The translations under genes and the position numbers were made by a program. The notes beneath the pieces are model-generated. The model worked only from the letters and a program-made list of their open reading frames with translations, searched no databases and was not told the origin of the DNA. From NCBI GenBank assembly GCA_903813345.2, contig CAIIXF020000001.1:38192001-38256000 (forward strand): a stretch of DNA of 64,000 nt, in the 5' to 3' direction. Positions 39,881-53,250 of this stretch are shown here, piece after piece. The DNA comes from Owenia fusiformis (Eukaryota). Numbering within the stretch: position 1 is the first letter of the stretch; each line of letters opens with the position of its first letter.

Positions 39881-40054
39881 CTTTAATCCTGGTTCGGGGC
39901 TTGGTACTGCTTTGGCATATTTGGCATACCGTTCTTCCATCTCCATACATGTATTGAGGATGTCATCCTCGTTTGTGTCACCCGTCACGCCCAGACATTG
40001 ACCCACCATGTATAGCATGTATAGCATCACACAAAATGCTATTTTGACAGGCAT
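39881..40054 (-). CDS. FOLR: Folate receptor family coding exon 1 (signal peptide)
   Basis: MPVKIAFCVMLYMLYMVGQCLG...ILNTCME...KAVPSPEPGLK|gtaata; four exons sum to 831 nt = 276 aa, with 16 Cys in the mature region as in folate receptors. Confidence 0.88.
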
Positions 40055-42044
40055 TCTCTTTGGAGCTGGAGAAGTATCAATCCTTTTGAATCAACGCTAC
40101 AGTCCGAATGGGATTATTCTAAGGAAATGACAGATTTTATTATAATACACTCCCCTCCAAAAGTTATAAACCCCTCTCTAGAAACCCTTTTAAAGCCACT
40201 TTATTTTGGATTTTATTTGCATAACCTGCGATATAACTATCAAGTCTGAATAACTTTAACTAGTCTGTTACACAAGTTGACATCATTTCAAATACTTCTC
40301 CTTTTCCATCGATGATGATTTTTTCTCAATGAAATAATTATCTATTCATCCAATCCGAAAGATTTATAGATTTCTTCAGAATCAAGAATCAAGTCAGAAG
40401 AGCCAAATCTTTTGACAAGAAATCTATGAAATACCCGAGGAGGCGAAACTGGTTTTCAAAAATGACTCTCAGGCTTTTTGTTGTTCACAAAGCAATCCGG
40501 TAAAGTGAGAGACTTTTTGTATATTTTACAGAATATAATATATATATTCCTAGTCTTGTTAACGTTAGTTACCGTCCAACTCATTGGTTCTACATGAAAA
40601 TTATGATTTTCAAAAATTCATTTATCATTAGTTTCGATATATTCTTGATTTTCAAACACAAAATCCTGGCATTTGAAAAAATTACATAAAATAAGGCCAC
40701 GTCCAAAATTGAGTTGATACATTATCAAACTCTAAAAACGGTAATATGTAATGTCAACCAGGTAGGGGTGTACCCAGCAAATGTCAAAGTGGGAGGGACG
40801 AATTTTTGGGTTTGCATCAATGCGACTAAAGCGATCCCCAAAAGGGGGGGGGTTGCGGGGGTTCACCCCAAGAAATCATTTAAAATTAACATTGTATATG
40901 GTGCATTTCAAGCATTTCAGACTACGATTTGTTAATTTTTTTCAACAAAATTACAGAATTGCCTTTTTCATTTTTTGTTGGGGGGGGGGGCGTAGCATCC
41001 CGCCCCCTGGCTAGGTTAATGTCAACCCTTGTAAGTCACCTGGTTGGAAAACTGTAACTAACACCCCAGTCACATTTCCTACGGCGACCGTGCGGTCTAT
41101 CATTTCCGCGGTCAGTAACATTTCATTTATGCGGTCCCCGTAAAAATCAACAGGCCGTTGCCAGAACGCAAAAAGGTCCAACGGTGGCCGCACGTCGGGT
41201 TTGCCTTTGACTTGCGTCTGCTGTAGGGTTTGATGGGTAATGTACCTTTGGAAACAGTTTTTATGTCAGTTTTATGTCATATTTTTGCTGTAAGGTTTGA
41301 TGTAAGGTAACTGATACCACAGCAACTTATATTTCACTTGCACTTTTTATTCGATCTAACACTACAAACACTGTGGCTAGTCGATCTATGTGGATGCAGT
41401 CATTTATATGCAATGTATCGTGGGTGCTCGCGTACATTATAGGGAATGGGATCATTGCAAAAATATGACAGCAAATCGAGGTAAGTGATCTCAGAGTTTC
41501 TACTTAACAATTGTGACTTGAAATCATGCATATCTATTCAATATGCATAGTATGACAATGTGTGAAAGTTTCAGCACCATATTCCTGTTAAAGGGAAGAT
41601 ATTTGAAAAACATTTCGTAAACGTCAACATATATGTATAAAATGGATGCCACTATGTATCATTTGGATTCAGAACGGTAACAAATGGATGCTATAATAAA
41701 TTATACTTCTATCATGATGATTTATTTATTGATGGACAACTGGCCAGATTTTCTTTGTATCCATTGTTTGGATAAACATTCCTTATTCAGTAAAGTAATT
41801 AGCCACACCATTACAAGACAACCTCATGAAGAATTGAAAATACTATATATAAACCCATCAACTGGAAAATGCCATTACAGATGAAAAACTATGGATTTAT
41901 CCCTAATACTGTTAATTAGAAAAACGGGTCCATAACATGTCATGTAATGATGACAATGAAAATGTTGAAATTATGTACGCCAATGAAGTGAATTCAGAGC
42001 CAAAGACCCATCAGCCCACTGGAATACCCACAAATCAAGTTTCA

Positions 42045-45000
42045 TAGCCTTGCCCAAGTCGGTCTCTTTTACTTATCTTGACATGATGTTGACATTAAAA
42101 TGCAAAACAATATACAAGATAGCATAAAATTGGACCACTCTGTAATTTGGTGTGAGGTTAGCCTATGTATTCCCACTAGTGTTGTCCAGGAAACACAGGC
42201 AGTTCCAGTTTCTGTAAATCAAACGAACACTACTTCTCATCGCAAATATAATACCAAGAATATATCCAGTGATATATTTAAAAATGAACGATGCAGATCT
42301 GCGCTTACAAATGTATTAGACTTTCATTTAAACACTCAAGAAGCTCAAAAATCCATGGATAATTTATATTCAGAGTTCATTGACATATTACATTGTGAAA
42401 TGAATGAAAATCTTACATTTAGGGACATAAGTAGCAAGAAAGAGGTAAACATAGGGCAAAACCGTGGTGGAGTGAAGAACTCAATTCTGTATGGAAAGAA
42501 ACTTGTAAATTAGAGAAGCTTTATATCAAAAGTAAAGGAAATAAACAGAATAGAGATAAAGCACGTGAACTTTTTCAACTTAAGCAAATGGAGTTTGACA
42601 AAATGTACAGGAAATCTAAACGTTTATATGAATCTAGCTTAAGAAACAATATAACAAACTTGGAAACTTCAGATCCGCGGAAAATGTGGGAAGAAATAGG
42701 GAAATTAGGCCCTGGAAAAACATATTCAATACCATTAAAAGTAAAGTTAAATGATGGTGAATATAGTACTGATCTTAATTTAGTGTTAGGTAAATGGAAA
42801 TCTGATTTTGAATCCTTATTTAATAACCATTGTGGAGATTATGATGAGGAGTTTCTTAAAGAGGTACAGACATTAACAGCAAAATGGGAATGTGAGTTTG
42901 AGCAACTAGATAGAAACTGCCAACAGGAAAGTGAAACTTAACTGAAAGTGTTCTAAAAAATACTATAGATGGCGCAATGTCAGAAGATGAAGTGAAAAAG
43001 GCTGTTACATCATTAAAAAACGGAAAAGCAGTGGGTGTAGAAAATATACCAAATGAGATACTTAAATGTACACCATTACAGCCAGTTTTACATCAAATTA
43101 TGAACTTATGTTTCAACCATGGAATTTTACCCAGCTTATGGTATAAGCCAATTATATGTCCAGTGCCAAAATCTGGAAATAAAAATGCTTTCGTACCACT
43201 TAATTATCGAGGGATTAGTTTAATCTCAACAATATGTAAAATATTTAGCACAATATTGAATAACAGATTATCTAGTTTCTTGGACTTAAACGGCATCATG
43301 AATGATGAACAGAATGGATTTCGTAAATTACGTTCATGCCTGGATCATATTTATGCATTAAGTACTATTATACACAGCAGACTCCGAGTTAAACTAAGCA
43401 CGTTTGTTTGCTATGTGGATTTTTCGAAATAATTTGATACCGTTGATCATGAATGTCTGTGGCCTTAGCTGTTGGAGCTAGGAATACACGGAAAACTCTA
43501 TCGTGCTTTAAAAACAATGTATAAATGTATAATCTACTGTGTGCGAGTAAATGGATTATGTACTGACTAGTTTGATGCTGGACCTCGTGGCGTTCGGCAG
43601 GGAGATAATATTTCTCCGACATTATTCACAATCTTTGTAAATGATCTCGTTACCGAAATAAAAACGCTTGATGTAGGTGTCGATATCGCAGGAGACAATG
43701 TAAGCATATTACTGTATGCTGATGATGTTGCATTGATCGCACCAACAGAATAAAGTTGCAACAAATGCTGAACTGTCTTCATGATTGGATATATAAGTGG
43801 TGACTGACTGTAAATGTTGAAAAAACGAAAGTAGTGGACTTTAGGAGAGCGTCGACATTGTTAACAGAAACAATATTTGTGCTAGGGGATGCAAAAATTG
43901 GAAAAATAAACTCTTATCGCTATCTCGGAGTTGTTATGAATGAGACTCTCGACTACACTGAAATGGTTTCAACTCTAGCTGATGCAAGTTCTCGATCCCT
44001 TGGCGCTCTTATTGGAAAATATTATTCTATCAATGGACTTCATTATTCGACATTCACAAAGATGTATAATGCAACCGTTATCCCCATCATGGATTACGGG
44101 GCTGGAGTTTGGGGCTATAAAGAATACGACAAACCGAATACTGTCCAAAACCGTGCCATGAGAACATTTATGGGCTTAGGAAAATATGCTCCCATTCCCG
44201 CTATGTATGGAGATATAGGCTGGATACCACCATGTGTTAGGCACCATGTTGAAATGGTTCGTTTATTCATCCGACTTAGTAGAATGCCAAGAACAAGGAT
44301 TACTCGAAGAATATTTGACTTTGACTATACCAATGCTGAAAAAGGCCATAGAGGATGGTGTGAAGAGGTAAAAGATATATTTAAAAATTCTAACCTCTTA
44401 GACCTCTATAATGAACGTTTCTTTAATAATTCAAGTGCAAGGTCAACATTAAAAACTGTAAAAGATTCTGAAATGAATCTCTTTGTACATAAATGGACAG
44501 TTCAAATAACTACAATGCCAAAGTTACATACATATAAGTTAATTAAAGACAATTTTGGTACAGAGGATTATATAAAATTATTTTTATCAAGGAATCAAAG
44601 ATCTGTTATTGCTAGAATTCGGTCAGGTACTCTTCACCTGAACATAGAAACTGGTCGATATAAAGGCCTGGCTGTTGAACAAAGACTCTGTGAGGCATGT
44701 AAATGTAGACATATAGAAACTGAGAAACATTTTCTTCTAGAATGCTCTTGTTACAAAGATTTGAGAAAAACTATAATTAGACCCCCTATGGTTCATGATA
44801 ATGAAGATTTACTGAAACATCTTCTTTCAAATAAAAATTGTGTAAAACTTACAGCAAAATTTATAATGTTAGCACTTGAAAAACGACAAAAAATTGTATA
44901 AATAACACACTGTAATTTATGTATTATGTATTTGTATAGTGCCTCATAAGCCTGATAAGGCTGGGTGCCGATTAAGGTGCGTGGCACTTAAATAAATAAA

Positions 45001-45514
45001 TAAATAATAATGATAATAAATATCTTGATTTCTATTATGACCGCCTTGTACCCAAGAGAAAGCCACGTGCTTTACCGACCCAATGTTATTGTCGGTAAAA
45101 TTTGACCAATCAATGATGGCCCTACATTGCCGGACTAGGTCTTCTTGCATTTCCATCGCGAATTCAGTTTTGATTTTGAATCAACATTGAATTACATGAT
45201 TTCATTTATACGAGTATTATGACTGCTTACATTCCAATGTACATTTAATAACATAATATATTGTAACTCTCAAGAAACACTCGATCAGATCAGATAACGT
45301 TTTGATTGGTCAATCAGCCTGAAGTCACACGTCGTGTCCATGCGATATTGTCAATCAATAAGGTTTCGCGATACCCTTAGGTAGCGTAGGTATTATGGGA
45401 ATCTCGGAACCGCTGAATAACTTAGCATAATATCAGCGATGATGCATTGGATTGTACAAGGTGGCAATAATTCAAGATCAGATAAGTAAATAAATACCGA
45501 CTTGGGCAAGGCTA
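42045..45514. mobile_element. TAGCC-ended MITE with 9-bp TSD (AcademH-like, tentative), about 520 bp, split by a LINE
   Basis: TAGCCTTGCCCAAGTCGGT / ACCGACTTGGGCAAGGCTA; CAAGTTTCA at 42036-42044 and 45515-45523. Confidence 0.8.
42082..45020 (+). mobile_element. 5'-truncated, disabled non-LTR retrotransposon (RTEX/CR1-group-like ORF2)
   Basis: NYRGISL, EQNGFRK, YVDFSK*FD, GVRQGD, LLYADD RT motifs with stops; C-terminal IETGRY...RLCEAC...ETEKHFLLEC; (AATA/TAA)n tail; TSD TATCTTGA at 42074-42081 and 45021-45028. Confidence 0.93.
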
Positions 45515-46344
45515 CAAGTTTCAGAGCCATGAACATTCCTTAAAAGTGACAATGAGCAGCCAACATATGGACCATCCATAAATCTTGATAATTTTGACAG
45601 CTCAGCTGAACGAGCCTACAGATTCCTTGAAACAAATGACCCAAATTCAAGAATAACATTATCTATTTACAATTTTTTTGAAATCGTGGTAAGTGGAATC
45701 TTTCCAATTACAAATATAGCATAATTATTGTTTTTTGGACACTGTGGATTAAAATATCAAAAATACACACATTCAAAATGATTCAATTAAAACCTAGCCA
45801 GTCTGTTTATTGAATCCATTCAGAACGTCTACTAATCCACACGATACTTCATAATTAAATTGCTTTTTTAAAGCGGATATTTTATACCATAACCCAAAAA
45901 ATATTATAAAACGCATTGTATTTGTATTTTACTTCACACAGACATATTTGTGTACGTGAAATAATTATATTACTCGAATTTTTTATTCCCCATTATAAGG
46001 TAAACCTATGGCAAATTATACATACCTTCTCACAGCTATGAGCGAGATGATAAAACTGGTCGAGTGAACTCGTTTGAGTTATCTATTCTTCGTAAAAATA
46101 TCAGAGAATGTGTGTTCATAGCGTAGCTTTGGTTTTGTAAATCAATGAAATATGATATACACGGATGAGTAAATATAGATTATTTAAACAGAAGTGCAAA
46201 ATTCTTCCATTGAAAAGTACAGAGGCGAGCACCCACGATACATATCATATAAATGACTGCATCCACATAGATCGACTAGCCACAGTGACAAACAACATTT
46301 ATAAATTATACTGATGTAGATAAAGTAAAAAAGGATTAACGTTA

Positions 46345-46773
46345 ACACCCCAGTCACATTTCCTGCGGCGATCGTGCGGTCTATCATTTCTGCGGTCAGT
46401 AACATTTCTACGCTCGCCGTGGAATTTCTGCGGTCGGATACTTTTGCAGTCACATTTCCTACGGCAGCCGCACGACGAGTTTTTGAATTTCTGTTGATTT
46501 AATGTTAATTCTTCTTTTTATTTTATCTATCAGTACAGTTTATAAATGTTGTTCGTAGTGTTGGGATATAGTATCGAATAAAAAGTGAACACAATGAACA
46601 CAAATATTATAACTCCGAGTTATAATTTCTACGGCTACCCTGCGGCCTGTAAAAAACTGGATACGCCGTAAGGAAGGCGAGCGTAGTTTATCTACGCTCG
46701 CCGCAGAAATTCACTGATTTAATAAATCTGTGGTCGTCGCACAGTCTCCGTACGACAAATGTGATTGGGGTGT
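46345..46773. mobile_element. TA-flanked MITE; a second left end of the same family lies at 41061
   Basis: TA|ACACCCCAGTCACATTT...AAATGTGATTGGGGTGT|TA; 41061-41123 is a direct copy of 46345-46407. Confidence 0.7.
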
Positions 46774-49700
46774 TACACAAGACAAAATCGTGTTTAATAA
46801 CTTGCAATAAACTGCTTATTACCATCTTACTCGGTGCTTAGTTGTCGCTATCCTTGATTATTGATACACTTATTTGGAAGGCTACTTCTGCTTACCCCTA
46901 GGTATTGATACACGTATCCGTGGTTTTTAGGCCCGAATACCGAGGTTTATCTTTTTAATTATCGTGTCTTATTCTATTGCATTAATATGTTGTTAACTTT
47001 AGAACTACGCGCGTGATATGATAGGCCTACATTCTGACATTTATTTGAATATGCTACATGTGTATGCTTGGTTTTTGGACTGACAACGAGTAGTAAGTAT
47101 CGATGTGTTTAGCTAAATAGAAGCGTGATAATCCATAAAGCTAGATAAGGACAATTCGTTTAAAAGAAAGCTACACTTTATAAATCTATTAATAAAAATG
47201 TAATATTTTAAGAAAAACAGATTTTTAGATTTACCAGACGCAAGCAAGGTGTTGTGGTTTACGATATTAATTGAAATTGCAGATTAAATATTCTTATTTA
47301 AAGACGTCTTTATGCAAAAAGTCTGATCTATTTAAGACATCAGTATTCTCAGAAATTGGTTATCCGAAGTGGATACCAAGTTCTGACCAGCAGACGAACA
47401 ATTGGAGACATAGGTTATGTTTGTTTATTTAACGGTCAGACTTGTTGACTTGCCGATCCGTATTTTCAACTTTGTGCGAACACGTTCTGTTTATTATTCC
47501 TTTATACTTTCTACTTGCTGAGCAATGACTGATTTGATAGTTTTATTCAAAAATTTTATTGTCCATTTTTTATATTTTTAATAAGTGATGTTTGAGTAAA
47601 AAAATTAAGAAATGGTGTAATTCTTTGTGGTAAATCATAAGATTGATGATGTCGAACCATGAGATAATGAAATGACTGAGGTAAGATATAAGCATTTGTT
47701 ATGGAAGACATATTATCAATATATCAGGTATATCACATATAAAAATAAATACAGCGTTGTTGCAAATTGAGCAATTGTTTTAATAATATAATAAACGGGG
47801 CCGTTGGAAGAAACATTACAACATATTGATATTGAGCGTCGTGTGTTGTTTGAACTGTCTTGTCGCTCATAATTCCATCAGCCAGTTGTCCATAATCTGG
47901 CGTTTCTCAGTCTGGTATCTTTACTGATTTTAGGAATGGTTGCAAAACGGCAAGATTTCCCATGTTATGTCCTTTTAATGACCATTTTGTATGCCTTTTA
48001 TTTCCACACCATGTTTTGATTTTGCCTTGATGCTATTGTGTCATAGTGTTTTTGCTTTAAAAAAGCAAGAAATATCAACTTTTTAATTAAGAAATGTTGG
48101 TTAATCTCTTGTTGTAAATCACATTGTTGATGATGTTAACGGACCATGAGATAACATATTGTCAGGGGAAAGATATCAATAATATAAAATAAATATTATA
48201 GATATTAATTGTTTGCACTGAAGTAATGTGACTATTCTAGCGAATCAGGTAGATATTTCTTCGGTTTTCCAGTTTTTCCGTAATGAAAGCATTTATTTTT
48301 CGTTTCCATTAATTTGACTAGTAGGGTCGTTGATAAACACATTAAAACTGTAAAAGTATTTATTGGAAGTACTTGTTTTAACTGTCTTGTCGCCTCTCTT
48401 TTTTACTCTCAAATGGCATAGCCGTAGCCAGGGGGGGGGAGGGTGCGATGCATAACCAATAAAATAGAACCATGAAATAGAAGAAGAGAAAGAAGCTTCT
48501 AGCTCAATTTTGAAGGAAGTTGCATCTTTTTGCCTGCTTTTGCCACGATTGCACCCCTCTCCCGACTGAAAACCGAGATTGTTTTTCTTGGCGATCGTAC
48601 CCCCCCCCCCCTGACTGAAAGTTGGCTATGCCCCTGAACATGGATAATAGGGGCACTATTACCCTGCGTACAGAGTCTAGTTATAAACTATAAGAAGACG
48701 CAACTCTCTTTTTCATACACATGCCTGCATAACAATCGGAGACAGAAGTTTTACAATTGTCCAACAAAAATAATAAGAATCTAACATTTAATGATAACAA
48801 AAGGATTAATTGCTATATAGTCTTTGTTTTTTAACTGCGGACGTGTACCAACATCACCTTGATTACAGAAAAGATTATCTAACAGTCTAGAATTGCTCCT
48901 GGGTTTTAATTACAGTTTATGAATAGAGTTATTTTTGCCTCTATTCTCATTTTTTAAACCGGTCTCTGTTTGCTTATCCATTATTTGTGATAAATTATTT
49001 CAGTTAGAGTCGAAATCATACACCAAATAAACCGGATTAAAATAAGCCAGTCTGATTGCGAATTTGCAAATCCTGTAAAAGTGACTTAAAGCCGCCTTTT
49101 AATTAGAGAAAACAATAAGCTTATCCATCTGATTAAGAAGAAATCAATGCTATTAGATTTGTGCATTATCTTCAAGCAAGCCAGTAAGACAATCAACGAT
49201 CTGGCGTTTTGTCTAATCCCCGCCAGTTTAAATTCAATATTGACCAATGCATGACTTAATATTTTCATTCTACAAACATTGCAGTGTTTTAATGATTGTA
49301 TAAACCACATTGTTACCATCCCCGATGTACCATCAGGCCTGTCTCGCTGCGCAAAATAAAGCATTCCGACCCAAAGTTGTATATCTGTAATTTGGGGGGG
49401 GGGGGGCGACGTTCATGTAGAAATATACAATAATTATGTCCGTGTAAAAGCTAAAATTATAAAAAATCTAATTTCAAAGTCATTCTATTCATGGAAGCGT
49501 CAAGTTAGGAAAAACAATGCTAAACACTAAAATAAACAAATCGACTAGATTACTTTTGAAAACTTCCTGAGAGAAAATGGACAAATGTATTTTCCTAACT
49601 CATTAGAACGTCTGTCTGATTGAAATACTATTTTTCTAAATACAATATAAATGAATAAATCTTGGTTGCAAAATAATGCTGAGCCTAATAAAAAATTCAA

Positions 49701-52700
49701 ATACTTTCTTTTGCAAATTCCTGAAGAAACTAAAGGATTACAGGTTTGGTTAGAATAAACTGCTTAAATTGTACATTTTAAAACTATAAGTGTGATTTGA
49801 AACCCGGGATTTGAAACAAGTTTGTATTGAAGGTCTGTTACAGAGGGGGCATACAATGTCCCATTTACTCACCCCTCATCTCCCGTACCCGATCTTATTT
49901 ATGTCTCCAGTTTGTTTCTTGTATATTAATATTTGAAATCAAGTCATTAAGAATGCCAGGGGCCAGTTTGGGGGTTTGATTTTAGTTATTTTCCTTTAGT
50001 CATCGTCTGACTTATTTGAAAATATGGAAATTCGGAAGATACCAATTAGCTATTTCAAATGGCAACATAGTGAAATTTTAGCACAAGAGCACGAATCAAC
50101 AGTTGAAAGCAAAAGCATTTGGATATTGTAATTTAAAGCGTTTAAACTTTCATAAGATTATACTTTTGGTTCCCATGATTTGACATCTTTGATCACCTGC
50201 AGTTAAGTATCTAGAAAAACATTGCTACTGTAATTAACTGTTAGACGCAGACGATCTTTTTTCCTTCACACAATATACATATTCACAAAAGGCATTCCCA
50301 GCTAAATCACACGAATTGGTGTCAAACTTAACACATTGCCCTTGGTATATAACCAATATCCCCCGGAACCCCTCTCAATAAATACCCTGCATGATTAAAT
50401 CGAGTTACAAGCCCTCCTGACAGTTGTTAAAGTGGATTGTACAGGGTCTTGAATAACTAGTATGATTTACTGTACATGTAAAACAAAATGGTAATCGCGC
50501 ATTTGCTGCACAATCATTCCCCGATTCAACAGTGGTGCAAAAAGCCATCCTTTGATCATTTGTTTAATCTAAAGTTCATGTAATGAGGATTAGAAAAATA
50601 ATGAAGTCTTAAATAATAATCTCTGCTGGAAATGATGCCCTTATACTTGCAAAATCAAACCCCGACTCGACATATTTCTAGTGATGCAATGAACGACCTG
50701 CGATTTTTAACAAACGCCAAATCCCAACCGCCGAACGTTAACACTTAATGCTGAATATTAACACATTAAAAAGTGACAAGAAACAAAAGGATTGTCTTCA
50801 ATATGCCAAACAGCCCCTGGGAACAGTCACATGTTTATTTCTATGCTACCGTATATCGATGGAAAATATGTTAAAACTAACTTTAAACAATATCAAGTTG
50901 GTCTATTTTTAAAATTAATAATCTTGCATATAAGTGGCTTATCAGATCAATGATCAATCACTTATTCCATTTTAATCCTACAGGTCGGGAGGGAGCTGTG
51001 GGGGGTTACATATAATGAAATTTCTACATGCAAGATCATTTTCACATGTGCAGATACATGTATGATTAATAAAGTCGATGCCATGAGATTTGTGATTGGG
51101 TTTTATCGAAAAGAATATCACCAAAAAATTTTATCATCGTGTAGAAAGTCCAATCTAAAATCTGGTAAATGTGTTGCATTTATTGAAGCAATAACACTGT
51201 AATTAATACCACTGTAAAACTATATTGCAAATGTTTGATATGAAATTCGATTGTCAGGAGTACGAAATACACATCAATACTTTTACATAATATCCAGTGT
51301 ATTATAATAAGATGTTATAACAAAGTCAATTGAAAATCTTCAGTTTCAGCAAAACTAGTTGTAAAACTCCCTAAATCTGTTAAAGGGAAGCCCCGGGGGA
51401 AGCCTTCATTCAAGCACTGACGTTTAAGTTTATGTTTAAGAGGAAGAATTCAGTATCCCGTGTGTTCACTACCCCCCTCCCATCCCCAATTATTTAACTT
51501 CATGTATGCTCCAATGTGTTTCATTTCTGTGATTGATAAATGTAATCAATATGATAGCTCTATATTACTCAATTCTTAAGTCGCCAGGAGGCGTTAATTA
51601 AAAGTGCCTCTTCGAATCTCAGCCTGAAAAACAATTCCTAGCCGGGGTTTGTAGAAAAAACCGGGTACCGGGTACCGGGTACTAAATCCTCCATGCGGGA
51701 TTCCAACTTGGTACCCGGTACCCGGTCGAGAAAGTACCCGGTCGAAAAAACCGGGTACCCAGAAACTGGGCATACGTTTCTTCACAGTAGACTAGAACAG
51801 GAATAAAGCTTGTAATCCCTTTATTTACGTCGTATTTGCTATTCCCTCTGACCAAGGATGAAACTAAGCATTTAAAGGTAATAAAAAGTAAACGTTAAAA
51901 CACAATTCACGACAGGGGCGAAGGTAGGCCATTTTCCAGAGTACGTTAGATCTACCGTTTTCTACCAACGATAACAAATATTTCTGAAAATACGTGTATG
52001 TCAAGGTAACATCTCCATATAATCATGAAATGGGACGCAATCATTAATGTCATATGATATGATTATAAACATGATTATTTAGTTTAACTTAAACTGTATA
52101 AACGGTGAACATTGTTTCAAGCTCTTTGCTGCAATGTATTCTTCATTGTACGAATATAAAACACGTTATCTATTTATTATTTTATAATACACGTAATAGT
52201 GATTTAGTTTATTTGTTTATAATACATTGTTTTAGTGAACTGGATTTGGATTCAGTGGTCGTCTTCGAATGAACATTCATTTGTCATGTTAACCTCCAAG
52301 ATACAATGGTCAACTTTTGCTTTTACGTTTAATCATAATCAAGGCTTTCCCTAAATTTCCTGTCAGATCATGAATGCCAGACTTCACCAAGTATTTAAAT
52401 TATTTTTTTGCGTTTTATCATCCTTCCCAAAAGCTACAATTCATGCATATGGTACAACTACTACTTACCGACTTACCGTTTATCATTGTTTTGTTGCAAA
52501 TATGGGGATGTTTCCACGACTTGAACCTAGGGGTTTATATAGACGGGACTTCCCCTTTTCATAATGTCATTACATGTATATATTTTCTGTTTTGTAGGTT
52601 CCCGTGGGTAAGATACAGAAGGGGCATAGACACAACAGTGGCGTTTTTCAAGTTATAGCCGTGGAATTATATAGTTTATGCATCTTGCCTCAAGCGACGT

Positions 52701-52874
52701 GTTAAGTCTGACGTGTTAACCCTAAAAATGTTTATCCCATATTGGGTTTGAGAAACACAGTTGCTGAATACAAGTGCAAACTATGAAATAACCATATATA
52801 CAATAATACAATAGATAATGTTTGGCATGCATTGTGTTTCTGTTTCATTGTTAAATTAGTTGAAAGTATATACA

Positions 52875-53250
52875 AAGAATTTATTCACCAGGAGGGATTT
52901 GCTATGTGGAATATCACATGATATTAATATTTCCCGAGGGAACGCAGTGACAGAGTGAAATATTGATACCATCCGAGGAATATTCTCAATATCATCCCGA
53001 CAGGTGAATAACGACCTTATACCATGGTCAAGAGCAACATATATCTAAAATCCTTTTTGAATGAGAGAAAATGTTTGAAAAAATGAAAAATTTTGAAACA
53101 ACTTTTTTGAAAATTGAAAATTTTTGAATAAATACCCGGGTTGATATCCATATCATCCCTCTAATCCCAATATCATCCATATCCCAAATATGTGATTTAT
53201 CACTTACTATTATATACTGAGATATTGCTCTGACCATGGTATAAAAAGAA
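52875..53250. repeat. Palindromic non-autonomous element (same architecture as 12575-13015)
   Basis: hairpin TTATTCACC (52881)...GGTGAATAA (53011); inverted pair TTATACCATGGTCA (53017) / TGACCATGGTATAA (53231). Confidence 0.5.

Larger units (their letters stand above)
41369..46287 (+). mobile_element. Transib/RAG-like DNA transposon relic (about 1.44 kb without nested inserts)
   Basis: about 63-bp TIRs starting CACTGTG and ending CACAGTG; 5-bp TSD ACAAA at 41364-41368 and 46288-46292. Confidence 0.75.

Noticed and set aside
46281..46296. CACAGTG followed by ACAAACAAC, resembling an RSS heptamer and nonamer
   Set aside because: There is no 12/23 spacer and the ACAAA is the target-site duplication outside the element
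47590..48400. Diverged about 490-bp tandem duplication (a similar case at 53680-53990)
   Set aside because: Non-coding, with no termini or function evident
52598..52607. Possible 10-nt microexon (tgtag|GTTCCCGTGG|gtaaga)
   Set aside because: No host gene could be assembled around it
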